Of a stretch of 64,000 nucleotides of DNA, positions 49,901 through 60,490 are shown piece by piece. The notes beneath the pieces were generated by a model, which saw only the letters and a list, made by a program, of their open reading frames with translations, did not search any database and was not told the origin of the DNA. How positions within the stretch are numbered: position 1 is the first letter of the stretch; each line of letters begins with the position of its first letter. The position numbers and the translations under genes were made by a program. The DNA is taken from contig NC_090388.1 in assembly GCF_036365525.1 (NCBI RefSeq), positions 31,037,518 through 31,101,517 of the forward strand, given 5' to 3'. Source of the DNA: Heterodontus francisci (Eukaryota).

Positions 49901-52900
49901 TAGTTTTTCTAATTAAACACTACTAAGACATAAACAACATTAAAAATAGAAAAAATTAGAGTCCTTGCAAATTTACAGACCAATGTTGCTTGAAGTCCTC
50001 ACAGTCCGCCGATGGGGGAAAAGGTTCTTCAACAGTAGAGCAGTCTGTAGTCTAATTCCAGCAGTAAGTGATGCTTTCCTTCTGCAGTGATGAATTTCAA
50101 CAATTAACGACTTGCAAACACTTTTTAAATGAATCAATTTAGCTTTAGAATTTTTGAGGGACAAGAGATTGTCAAGGTCTAACTTCCCTTCCTTCAGTTT
50201 AAGTTAGCTGAGAGCTCTCCTTTCCGGTGCTAACACAGAGCTGTCTGTCTGTATTGTCTGTTAGAACAGACTGTTTGCATTATAAGCCAGTTCAAAATTG
50301 AATTGTAACAAAAGTATCTCTTGATGCTCAGTCCGAGTGGCTGTATCCAAGACAACAAGAATGCACCCTTTGAATTGCAGTCTCTGAATGGCTGTTTGCA
50401 AGGCAACATGAATGCATTCTTTGACTCAGTCTTACAGCAATACAGCTCTTTTTCCAGTCTTAAAGACACACCGCATTCTTCCCGGAAAAAAAAACTACAG
50501 GATCATAAAACTATAAAGAAAAAAGCATATACAAAACATAAAAGTTATTTACAAATGTTTACCTTAGTACTTAGTGTTGTGATCCTTTGTATTATTTTCT
50601 CCACTTAAAAGTGTTAGATAATGGACTTTCTACCTTAAATGTATGACTAGTTGTTACTTAGTCCCTTGTTTTCTTTTGTTAAATTTGCTTCATGGTTTTA
50701 AACTTAAAATGTAGTATGAAACTCTGATGCTTATCAAAGATGAGAGATTAACAGACAAAGCTTTCTATTTCATTATTCCTGACATGTTACAAAGCTTACC
50801 TAGTTATCAAGGCTGAATAGACACTTTTGACAGTATAGGGAGTTGGGATCATGAAAGTGATGCAAGATATGAGAGCTAAAATGAATGAGAGGTAGAAAGG
50901 ACCTCAAATCATACCCTAAACTTTCAGAATAATCTGTGTTTTTCATTGTTTCCTCTTCAATTTTAAGGTCTTGCTCTCCTTTAGGATTAAAAATGAACAC
51001 ATAGAATTGCAATAAAATTATTAGAAAAGAATACAGGATATATTGTAATCAGCAAAATGTTGTTGCAGACTGGTGAGTTTTTCTTCATTTGCGTTTGATT
51101 AGTAAATATAACTTCGGACTTTTTGTAGGATTTGAACATTGCTTAGGGAGAAAAATGCAGATTAAAATTTTGAATCCTTTCCAGATAAAGAACATTTGAA
51201 TTATTTTTTTTTAAATAGGTGATATGGAATTTCTTTTCTACCAAGAAAGCTAAGGTGTTAGGAGCACTCGACGATTGGATGTTTTCTGATGTCCAGGTTC
51301 TGATTGTTGATGAGGGCAGTTTGGTCTCTGTGCAGGTCCTAAGTACAGTTTTAAAGTTGCTTATGGAACATGCCAATCTCAAAAAGCTTATAATCCTTGG
51401 TAAGTGTCTGCTGATAGTTTTGCATGTTTTCGGAAGACATTACTATCGTTAACATGCATTCCAAAATACTATTTTCTTCAGTTTTCTCTGCATGCAAAGC
51501 AAGATAGACAGACAGATTATAGAGTACCTTCTTCAGAACTGCTCTGAAGAAGAGTCACTGACCTGAAACGTTAACTCTGCTTCTCTCTCCACAGATGCTG
51601 CCAGACCTGCTGAGTATTTCCAGCATTTCTTGTTTTTATTTCAGATTTCCAGCATCCACAGTATTTTGCTTTTAGATTATAGAGTACAGTTACTAATGGT
51701 GTCAAGTAAACCTAAAATTTATATGGTTTCAAATTTAATGCTACTATTAACTAGCATTTAAACAAATAATTTGCTGAATGTGAATTAATGAACATTTCCA
51801 GAAATGACCCATTAACACCACATATTTAATAAATCATTATCGTTGAGCGTACATGTATTCGATTTTTGTTTTCGTATGCCTGTGCAGTACTATAATGTAG
51901 ACTTTAATCAGTCTCTAGCTGCGACTGCTTTCCGACCGCTAGTACTACTTCCTGTATCAGAGGTCTCCAACCTCTTGGAGCATTGCGGCACGTAGTGACA
52001 TCCATATCTGATTAAATTGCCTTTGAGTCAGGCAGAATCATGATTAATGTCATGGCCATTCTCAGTCTATTTCTTGGAATCCTTGGATAGTTATTTATAC
52101 CTCTTTCATCCATCCATCTCCTCCTTTCCCCTCTGCATCACTTTTGTCAGCTTCTCCTTCTGTTTTTGTTCCCTTTTGTACTCTTAAGTACTTCTCCCTC
52201 TTTTTGTCTCTGCAGTTATGGGTAGAAAGAGACAGCAGCAATGGGGCTCAAATGAATGGATGGTTAGAGCAAGGGTCTCAAACTTATTTTAAATGGTGGG
52301 CCTGATCCCACATCTTAGCAGTTGACGTGGGTCACATTCTGCAAAATTTATTCGAAATACTCGGTAGAAATTTGTAGCATTTCACCCATTTTGTGCCATA
52401 AAACCAGGTGGCTGAGGGATATATACCAATTACTGGGTGCAAGGTCCTGCAACTTTGGCCGCATGGTGGTTGTCATATTAGTCCGATTTTAGGCATCCCG
52501 GGCAGCTGCTTGAAATCAGTGTTTGATTAATTTAAATATGCAAAAGAGGATCGTCTGCCTGTTTCTGGACCCTTCTGCAAAATGCGTGAAAAACTACGTT
52601 GAACATGCACAACACTAGCTCCGACTAGCTTTTAAAGAACTACATGGCCTGAACAGAGACCCTTACAGGCATTGCTGAAGGCTGACAAAGAAATGGCAAG
52701 AAAAGAGTGCCTCACCCAACTCCACAGCACGATTATGGGCTGCTGTCGGTCGTGCTCAGCTCTCCTGTCTACTTACCAGTGATGTAGCATGCCCAAACAT
52801 TGGCCAAGCTGCCTCTGGATTTGCAACAGGTGCCAGTAGTTCACCTCTTATTAAAATGAGACTGGATACCCAATTTTGGCTGAACCTTGGGGCCCCGGCT

Positions 52901-55900
52901 ACAAATTCTGCAAGATCCTGAGTGAGGAGCCAACAGTTGAGACTGGGTGTCAAGCCGGGGGATTGTTTGTGGTGTGTGTTGCCCTGAGAGGAACTGAAGG
53001 AATATAGCTGTTGCTGATGGCAGTGCCATGCACTGTTTCCCCCCTCAGCCCGATGTGAACGGTAGCAGTTGGAGCTTGCGATGCGCCCACAGTAAGGTCC
53101 CCAGATTTCACTCACTGTTTACTCGTTGCTCCTCTCTCTGAACCACTCCCACTAACCATGCTGCTGCTTCCACCTCTGCAGAAAATGATGGGACTCATTC
53201 CCCAGCCCTTTCTTCACCCTCCGCCCAAGGCACAATCCCTCTTTCTACCATAGCATATCTCTCTGACGATCCTCATTCCCCTAATACCATTTCACTCTTT
53301 TCCCCCTGTCTCAATTCCCAAATAAACCCCACCCCAACCATGGGCCCAATTCCCTGACTATCCAACCAGGATCCCTCAACCCCAATCATCCGACACCCTA
53401 AGACCCTGCACCCCGCCTCAAAATTGTTGCTGTATGACAGCAGCCTGAATGCTCTCCCAATTTTCCTTCCTCCTGTCCTGCTCACACAGAGAATGAAAAA
53501 TAAAAAACATTTGATGACCAATTAGTGCATGGCTGATGTGGGAGCTAGCATGGGATGAGCAAGTTTTGATATACAAACAGAAAATGCTTGAAATACTCAG
53601 CCGGTCTGGCAGCATTGGGAGAGAGAAACAGCGTTAACATTTCAGATCGATGACCTTTCATCAGAACTAGTTAATTTCTGTCTCCACAGATGTTGCCAGA
53701 CCTGCAGAGTATTTACAGCATTTTTGTTTTTATTTCAGATTTCCAGTACCTGCAGTATTTTGCTTTTGTAAGTTATGACATGCTCTGTCACTGCACATTG
53801 TTTGGTCATCCCTGCAGTTGAACGGCCTCTGCACATGCACTGTTTCTAATTTTGTGAAGTTTATAAAATTATTTCTTTTATTTCTTCTAGGCGATGTTAG
53901 ACAGTTACCGAGTATCGAACCTGGCAACATGTTAAATGACGTATACTCCATTTTATACCGAATTAAATGGAGCATTGAACTTGCAACCAATCATCGTGCA
54001 GAGAGTCAGCTGATAATAGATAACGCTGCTAAGTATGTTTTTTTTTCCTTCTTCGGACCTATAGTTACCCACTCACATGCATGAGCACAAAGTGAAATGG
54101 TTTTCCTGTATTTTTTTTCTTAATCACTGCAAACTTCACACGGTATCTTCATTCTCCTCTTAGTGGAATTTGATGAATTTTGGATGATCTGTCCTAAAAA
54201 GCAGGCTCAAGAATCCTGACTAGCCTGTGTTTGCTCCAAAATGTTTTTGCCACTTGCAATTGGATCTTCTGTTCTTATTTTGGCAACTTTGTAATTTGTT
54301 TATTACACTTTTGCTGCTGCATTGCTAGCTTATTTGGGTTTCTTTTGCATCATTGGTCACTTTTTCCTCCTTTTTTGTATAGATTATTGATTAGTACTCA
54401 CTTTGTTTCTGCATGGGCTGCAAACAATGGAAAGGGCTTGGCTACTGGCCTATATGCCAGGGAAAATTAAAGCCATGTAAATATTACTGGTCCTACTGTA
54501 ACTCAAAATTATCTTCCTGCCTCTGCAGTGAGGTGTCCTTTTAATAGCACTAATCAAGCTGCCTGTCTGACTGGACATGTTCCACTCTGTCCTGCTAACT
54601 CAAAGCTTTGTGCAAGTCAGGGCGGGTACTGATTGCAACTGCTACCCACAAGTCACTGACTTTAGAAGGTAAATTGTAAAACAGTGGGGGACTAGGTAGG
54701 TGAGAGGGAAAAAGTAGTTTTTGAAATAATGCTCAAAAGACTTGCTTTCATAGCATCTGAATTTCTTTTGATGTAACCATTTCATTTTTCATGAATTTTA
54801 TTTCTCAGGATTGCTGAGATGGGATTGAAGTCTACTTATAAAGAGTTGCAATATGATGCAGTGATGTACATATCAAAGGGTGTAGATGTCACAGTTCCAA
54901 CGTCTGATAAAAAATTCATTCTTGTTTCTCTACCCCCCAAATATAGCCCCGTTGGTGAGTATGAAAACCGTTCATGTTGATTTATTACTTTGAGCTTGCT
55001 ATCGGAAAGGGATGTTTTACATTAGCTATTAGCCAGAGGTAGCATTTGAACTTGTAATGGCTGTCGCTGACTCTTGATTTTAACTTCCTTGTGCACTCCT
55101 GTGGAAGATGGACAAGTAAAATGTATAAAATTGAAATCTCCATCCACTTTTTGCCAACTGTTCCCATTATAAGTTCCTATGTCCACATTTATAATGGAAA
55201 CTTCCTTTGTAAACTTCTCATGCTGTAAATACACCCTCTCCCTCATCGGGACTGAATTATATCTGTGTGCCCTGGTCCAATTATACCCTGGCCTCTAACC
55301 TTGCTTCATCTGAAAAATATACTTGGTCTTTACTCCCCATGTGCAATGAATGCACAGTTTCTACATCTTGAGGGAATTAAGATCGACTAGTATACATTTG
55401 ACTGTTTATGATGGCTGAATACAAATGAATGCTTTTGAGCAGGCGGGTCTTCTAAAGGTCGTAACTGGGAGTTTGGAATCGGGCATAATATTGCATGTGT
55501 TGGATGCAGATTTGCATTGAGGACCACTGCTAACAAGAATGAAGGACTGCACTGAGCTGATTAAATAGCATAAAGGAATATCCTCACAAAGATTAAATCA
55601 ATTCAAAATGCACAGAATCTTCTTTGTTACTTCAGGTTTGATTGTGATGTTTTGGAGTATGATGATAACTGTGAATTCTTTTTGTCATTGGCAGATCTTC
55701 AAGAAGCTATCAGTTGTTTACTAAAAAAGGCCCCAGGCCTGGACAATGATGTGACATCACAGTTCATTGCATTTAGACGGTAACTATATTTTTAAGAAAG
55801 TTGGTAATGGAGTGCAAAGTACAGTATTTTTCCCTAAGGTGCCACTGCACAAAAAAAGCAGGAAGGAGGAAAGAAATAAAAGGTATGAGCATTTTTGCCA

Positions 55901-58900
55901 GTGATATGAATGTGCAGTAAATTGAGACTCACTGAATATATTACTAACCATAAAATGAGTAGTATGGAGGTTAAAGCTTTGCACTCCACTAAGATTTATC
56001 TCATGGTGCTTTATGAATATAATCTGGTCTCTAAAATGGGGGCTGTGAAAAGATTAAAAAATGCTTTCACTGTATTTCTCTGTGGTAAGAGAAACACCAT
56101 GTATACAAAGATCTCCAATGTAATTCCCTTATAGAAAGGGAACCATACAAGGTAACTTTGTTTTTTATTTGATCATGGGATCTGGGTGTCCCTGGCAAGG
56201 CAACATTTATTGCCCATCCCTAAGTGCCCTTGAGAGGGTGGTGGTGAGCTGCCTTCTTGAACTGCTGCAGTCTGTGTGGTGTAGATACACCTACAGTGCT
56301 GTTAGCGAGAACGTTCCAGGATTTTGACCCAGTGACAGTGAAGGAATGGTGATATAACTATCAGGAGTCACCTGACTATCACCAAGTCAGGATGGTGTGT
56401 AATTTGGAGGGGAACTTGCAGGCGGTGGTGTTCCCATGCACCTGCTCCCTTTGTCCTAGATGGTACAGTTCATGGTTTGGAAGGTGCTGTCGAAGAAGCT
56501 TTGATGAGTTGCTGCTGTTCATCTTATAGATGGTACACACTGCAGCCATGGTGCGCTGGTGGTCAAGAGAGTGACTGTTTAAGGTGTGGCTTCAACTGCA
56601 ATTCTCATTCTTTTAAACTGGTTATATTTCATTATAAATATTGAAGTGCAATCAATAGGTGTGGCATAAAGCAGCCTCTATCTTGATAAGTTTAGATACA
56701 GTCTGGAATATGCCGCATCAGAGCATCTCTAATTTTAATGCTTTCATATGTACTGCCAGGCTGCATTGACCTAAAAACTACTCAATATGCCTTTATCTTA
56801 GAACTTGATTGTTGTAATATTGGATATATGTACAAAAGTCAACTGATGCATAAATCTGCATTACGATTTCTGACTTCCTCTTTTTATGCAGGATGGATTG
56901 TGCGTTAATTAATGAACTCTGCTGCATCCGCTATTCAGATCATCCGACTAGGTGAGAGGTGCTAAGTGTGAGACAATTTACTGTGATTGTATTTTCACCT
57001 GTATGTCTGAAGTGTTCAGCTTGTAGAAAGATAGTAAAGATACAGATTTTCCATTGCATACCAAGTTTGGTCCGTTATAGAAATTACAGCATTGTATCAG
57101 TACATGAGTAAAATACAACTACAGTCTTTAAGGGAAACATGATAAGGGTCACAAATGGCATCTATTAGCGTATTCACAACTGCTAATCTACTGTTTAGTA
57201 AGGAACATAGGAGCCGGTGTAGGCCATTCAGTTAGATCACAGCTGATCTTAATTCCATCTGCCTCCCTCCCGCCCCAATCTGTAACTCTTAATATCCCAG
57301 CCTAACTAAAATCTATCAGCCTCAGTTTTGAAATTTTCAATTGACCTAACCTCAATCACTATTTAGGAGAGAGTCTCAGATTTCCACTACCCTTCGTATG
57401 AAGAAGTGCTTTCTGACATCACTCCTGAACAGACCAGCTCTTATTTTAAGGCTTTGCCTCCTTTTTCTGGGCTCCATCACCAGAGGCAATAGTTTCTCCC
57501 TATCTTGATACTGCTGAGAATGAAACTTCTGAAATGGTTTGGGTGGTATTCTTAAGTGTTGCATACTGGAGAATCTCAGTATTTTATTTAACACAATGTG
57601 TGTGCAGTTTTCTCCCAGTTTGTTATTGCTTTGAAACCAGGTTGAACACTGAACTCATTTGGTTCTCTAAAGGAAAATAATTTTGGTTAATTCCTTTCAA
57701 TTGTAAAATATAGACTCTGTTTCATTATTAAGCCATAACAAGAGAACACATGTACAAATACGGAACTTTAAAAATCAATGTAATATTTCATGATCTAGAA
57801 TCCAATCAGCAAGAAGGGTTTCTGCTAATCTTCCACCCGTTATGGCAGTCCATTGGGAAAACCTCTGAGGAAACTCCTGATGCATATATTTATAGAATTA
57901 TTTTGTGCCGCTATTGTCCATCACGAACCATCTCAACACTTAGAACAGCAATTAAGTTGCAGATTGAGGATCTTCACATTGGGAAATACCGTTCTGGGGA
58001 ATATTCCATTATATCAGCCTGTTTTTTTTTTTATTGGAACCTCAACATGTAAAACATCCTGAGCATGGCCTTTCACATTTATTCCCAGAAATATACCAAT
58101 ATTGTTTTTAGCTTACTTCTACAAAAGCTGATAGGAACCACAGTTTTCAAATTATGACATCGATGTAGCTCGAACAAGTGGGAATTTCATTTAAATATTG
58201 AGATATGGATGGGGATATCTTACACCGTTTTCTGACATTTGTGCAATGCAGAACAACAGAGTAAATTGCATTCATTCACTGAGGCATCGAGGGAAAGTCA
58301 TACTGAAGCTCATTGCTCCTACCTGGCAGTGACCATGGGAACTATTTTTACAGTTTCGGGCAGCAGAGATCCTAATATGGAGCTGTGCTGTCTGCTGCAA
58401 AGACACCTGAGGTTAACATGCAGCATAAGGCTGGCACAGCTAGTGATTCTCTTGGTCTGCAGCAGCATCAAACTTACCTCCATCATCATTTAGGATTGTT
58501 GTGATGCTAACCTGTGTGGATAGGGCTGTGGAGTGGCAGACTGCCACCTCATGCAGTACCACCTTCACTTCAGATGCCATCAGACAGGGCGTTGGGTGTT
58601 GGACTGCTCTGTGACTTGCTTGCAGAATTCTGCCTGGTACATTGGGTCTCCTTTTCCTCAATTGTTGCTCATCACTTCTTTGCGCTCTCCTCATTCAGGC
58701 TTGCCAAAGGTTGCCAATGAGTTAAGATGCCTTTTGAGCCTTTCCAAAGGCTTTAAGAATATCTCCCCTGATTCTACTTCCCCTTTTAATTGCCTGTAAC
58801 TCCCTTTAAGTTTTACTTACAAATTTCCTCCCACCACTAGCATGCTTCCTGTACCTTGAGCTGTAAATGATTATGCAGATAGCCTGAAGGTGGAGAATTG

Positions 58901-59290
58901 AGTGTGAACTCGCATTTTAGCAAGATATGCACCAATTTCTAATGCAGAGTTGTTGAGCTCAAGGTTCTCAGTCATCTATTTTATACAGTTCGTGGTGATC
59001 GTGATGCAGTAATGGTATCTCATTGATGAAAATTGTGTTTTTCAGTATGTTTATATTAGAGATCAAAAGGTGAAGCACTATACTAAATAAAGTTCCAAAA
59101 ATTTGGTTTGCATTTCAGAAATCATAAAAGTAAGATTCAGTTCCAAGTTGGGGACAAAGTGTGCTGTACAAAGAATGGATATGTCAGAGACTTTACAGAA
59201 GAACCAGAGCCAAAACCAAAGTCAAAATCAGAGTCAGAAAGAGAGAAACGAGTTCGTCTGTGTAATGGAGAAATCTTTTTTATCCTTCAG
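34740..59290 (+). CDS. HELB: DNA helicase B (SF1B, RecD2-like), first 10 coding exons, 3'-incomplete in window
   Basis: join(34740..34926,37755..38120,40924..41132,43820..44611,51219..51399,53891..54032,54809..54954,55695..55779,56892..56951,59119..59290) = 2340 nt open frame, all GT-AG. Motifs: GKGGCGKT (Walker A), APTGKAA, LIVDEGS (Walker B), [33 protein letters not shown]. Confidence 0.96.
35060..35220. mobile_element. Penelope-like terminal repeat, two inverted degraded pieces
   Basis: GCAAAATACTGTGGATGCTGGAAATC...ATACTCAGCAGG followed by inverted CAGACCTGCTGA...GAGTATTTCTAGCA. Confidence 0.6.
37755..38120 (+). CDS. HELB: HELB coding exon 2
   Basis: TTTCTCCAG acceptor; [15 protein letters not shown]...YPSYSL; GTAAGC donor. 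Confidence 0.93.
38960..39115 (-). mobile_element. CR1 3' tail fragment
   Basis: Similar to about 290-430 (TAATCCCATTT..AGCACTTGGC..TAGCCTTG). Confidence 0.7.
39858..40350 (-). mobile_element. CR1-clade LINE 3' fragment
   Basis: ORF 39944..40249: TKGHSLRI...[17 protein letters not shown]. Confidence 0.9.
40924..41132 (+). CDS. HELB: HELB coding exon 3
   Basis: [19 protein letters not shown]...WKLGF; TTAG acceptor, GTAAGT donor. Confidence 0.92.
41260..41567 (+). mobile_element. hAT-type MITE, second copy (5' TIR degraded)
   Basis: Shares ACGGGACCCGACGACATG and (GGGTC)n subterminal repeats with 42990-43341; 3' end AGCAGGCCTTTA. Confidence 0.75.
41983..42315 (+). mobile_element. HE1-like V-SINE
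   Basis: Same family as 14384-14729. Confidence 0.9.
42348..43720 (+). mobile_element. CR1-clade LINE 3' portion interrupted by a MITE
   Basis: [23 protein letters not shown]1 tail. Confidence 0.92.
42990..43341 (+). mobile_element. Non-autonomous hAT-type DNA transposon (MITE)
   Basis: Imperfect TIR TAAAGGCCGG / CAGGTCTTTA; 8-bp TSD GAGTGAGG at 42982-42989 and 43342-43349; CCCGA/TCGGG subterminal repeats. Confidence 0.85.
43820..44611 (+). CDS. HELB: HELB coding exon 4 (Walker A, motif Ia)
   Basis: 792 nt; [26 protein letters not shown]; GTAATT donor. Confidence 0.97.
45229..46903 (+). mobile_element. Internally deleted copy of the tRNA-headed LINE
   Basis: SINE-like head with B box at 45269-45279, then ORF start, a deletion of about 1.6 kb at about 45727, RT C-terminus, shared tail and polyA. 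Confidence 0.92.
48640..48735 (-). mobile_element. Penelope-like terminal repeat fragment
   Basis: AAATACTCAACAGGTTTGGCAGCATCTGTGGAGAG...GTTAATGTTTCAGGTC..TGACCT. Confidence 0.7.
49746..50510. mobile_element. Solo LTR-like repeat related to 4172-5451
   Basis: Shared GCACTG..AATTCA..CTCCACAG and CCAGGT.TCTTTA blocks. Confidence 0.45.
51219..51399 (+). CDS. HELB: HELB coding exon 5 (Walker B)
   Basis: [12 protein letters not shown]...KLIILG; GTAAGT donor. Confidence 0.96.
51528..51673 (+). mobile_element. Short Penelope-like insertion with 5' inversion and 14-bp TSD
   Basis: TSD AGATTATAGAGTAC at 51514-51527 and 51674-51687; CTTCTTCAGAAC is an inverted copy of the adjacent G.TCTGAAGAAG. Confidence 0.82.
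51541..51576 (+). ncRNA. Minimal type I hammerhead ribozyme motif
   Basis: GCT CTGAAGA A GAGTC-ACT-GACCT GAAAC GTT AACT; core intact, stems I and II imperfect. Confidence 0.6.
53575..53768. mobile_element. Penelope-like terminal repeat in inverted (fold-back) arrangement
   Basis: 53575-53668 is a minus copy, joined to a plus copy at about 53675-53768. Confidence 0.75.
53633..53668 (-). ncRNA. Minimal type I hammerhead ribozyme motif
   Basis: AGTT CTGATGA A AGGTC-ATC-GATCT GAAAT GTT AAC. Confidence 0.62.
53891..54032 (+). CDS. HELB: HELB coding exon 6
   Basis: [12 protein letters not shown]...[17 protein letters not shown]; GTATGT donor. Confidence 0.96.
54809..54954 (+). CDS. HELB: HELB coding exon 7
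   Basis: TTTCTCAG acceptor; IAEMG...YDA...[10 protein letters not shown]; GTGAGT donor; phases fit both neighbours. Confidence 0.88.
55695..55779 (+). CDS. HELB: HELB coding exon 8
   Basis: [27 protein letters not shown]; GTAACT donor. Confidence 0.92.
56160..56582 (-). mobile_element. 3' fragment of the tRNA-headed LINE family
   Basis: Reverse complement of about 22950-23350. Confidence 0.88.
56892..56951 (+). CDS. HELB: HELB coding exon 9
   Basis: [19 protein letters not shown]; GTGAGA donor. Confidence 0.92.
57200..57510 (-). mobile_element. CR1 3' fragment
   Basis: [17 protein letters not shown] and CR1 tail. Confidence 0.8.
59119..59290 (+). CDS. HELB: HELB coding exon 10
   Basis: [21 protein letters not shown]...[13 protein letters not shown]; GTAAAG donor. 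Confidence 0.94.
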
Positions 59291-60169
59291 GTAAAGTCGT
59301 GCATTTACTAATTTCTTTTTAAATAGAGAGGATCATGCCATCAAAATGGGTTCAAGGAATTAGGATTAATCAATCTTTTGTTCTGTTCATTTAATTAGCT
59401 ATTTAAAATGATACTTAATAAAATTTATGGGAGCTGAATTATCAACATTTTTTTAATTAAAAGCTTCCATCCTTGCCTCTTCCACCCCTTCCTCAACTCT
59501 TTTCTCACCTACTCCCCTCAATGTATTGATTCTTGCAGGGATATAGTTCCACAGATACTGGAAACCCTCCAGGACTTTGTGCAAGTGCACATTTTTAATG
59601 TGCCAGCTTTGACAGTTATATCAAAAGTCTAATTGACACAAGAGACATCACAGCTGTGCTCAATTCTGCACACATCTAACATACTTTCCAGTGGAGTCAC
59701 TAGGTAGAGATGAGTTGACATCTGACCTCCTAAAATCACAAGAAGCAAGATCAGAGCATAGATATAATTGAGCAAGGCTATTTCGTCCATCTTAATTCAT
59801 CTATCCAGAAAGAACCTACGTCTGGAATTTCCATGGGAGTTCTCCTAATCATCCACTGTAAGTTTGGTGGAAGGTTGCTGGAAGCCCTTGAGAAATGGTA
59901 GAATTAGTTGTTCATACCCTTTCTCTCAGTTTTTAACTAGTATCATTAGGAGAACCCCGGTGCAAATTCTACTTCCTACTGTTTTTCCTACCCTGATTGC
60001 AGCAACCAACTGTTTTTAAATGATTATGGGAATTTTGCCTACATTGCCTGATCGAGAAATCCAATTCATGCATTGATCCTTCTTTGTGAATTTGAATTTG
60101 TGCCCCCTGTCCTCCTGTCACAGTTTAGTTTGAAGTTTTACCTTTTCTATGCTACTTACTATCTTCTTT

Positions 60170-60490
60170 ATAAATATTGGGAAGACTGAAGCCATTGTCT
60201 TTGGTCCCTGCTCCAAACTCCTTTCCCTAGTTACCGACTCCATCGCTCTCCCTGGCAATTGTCTGAGACTAAACCAGATCCTTTGCAACCTAGTTGGCAC
60301 ATTTGACCCCGAGATGAGTTTCCGATCTTTCATTCACACGATCAATAAGACCGCCTGTTTCCACCTTCAAAACATTGCCTGTCTCCTACCCCTGCCTCAG
60401 CTGCTGAAGCTTTCATTTATGCCTTTGTTACCTCTAGATTTGACTGTTCTGATGCACTCCTGGCTGGCCTCCCGCATTCCACATCACTCC
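60170..60490 (+). mobile_element. L2-clade LINE fragment, interrupted by the Gypsy element
   Basis: NIGKTEAIVFGP...NLVGTFDPEMSF...KTACFHLQNIA. Confidence 0.85.
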
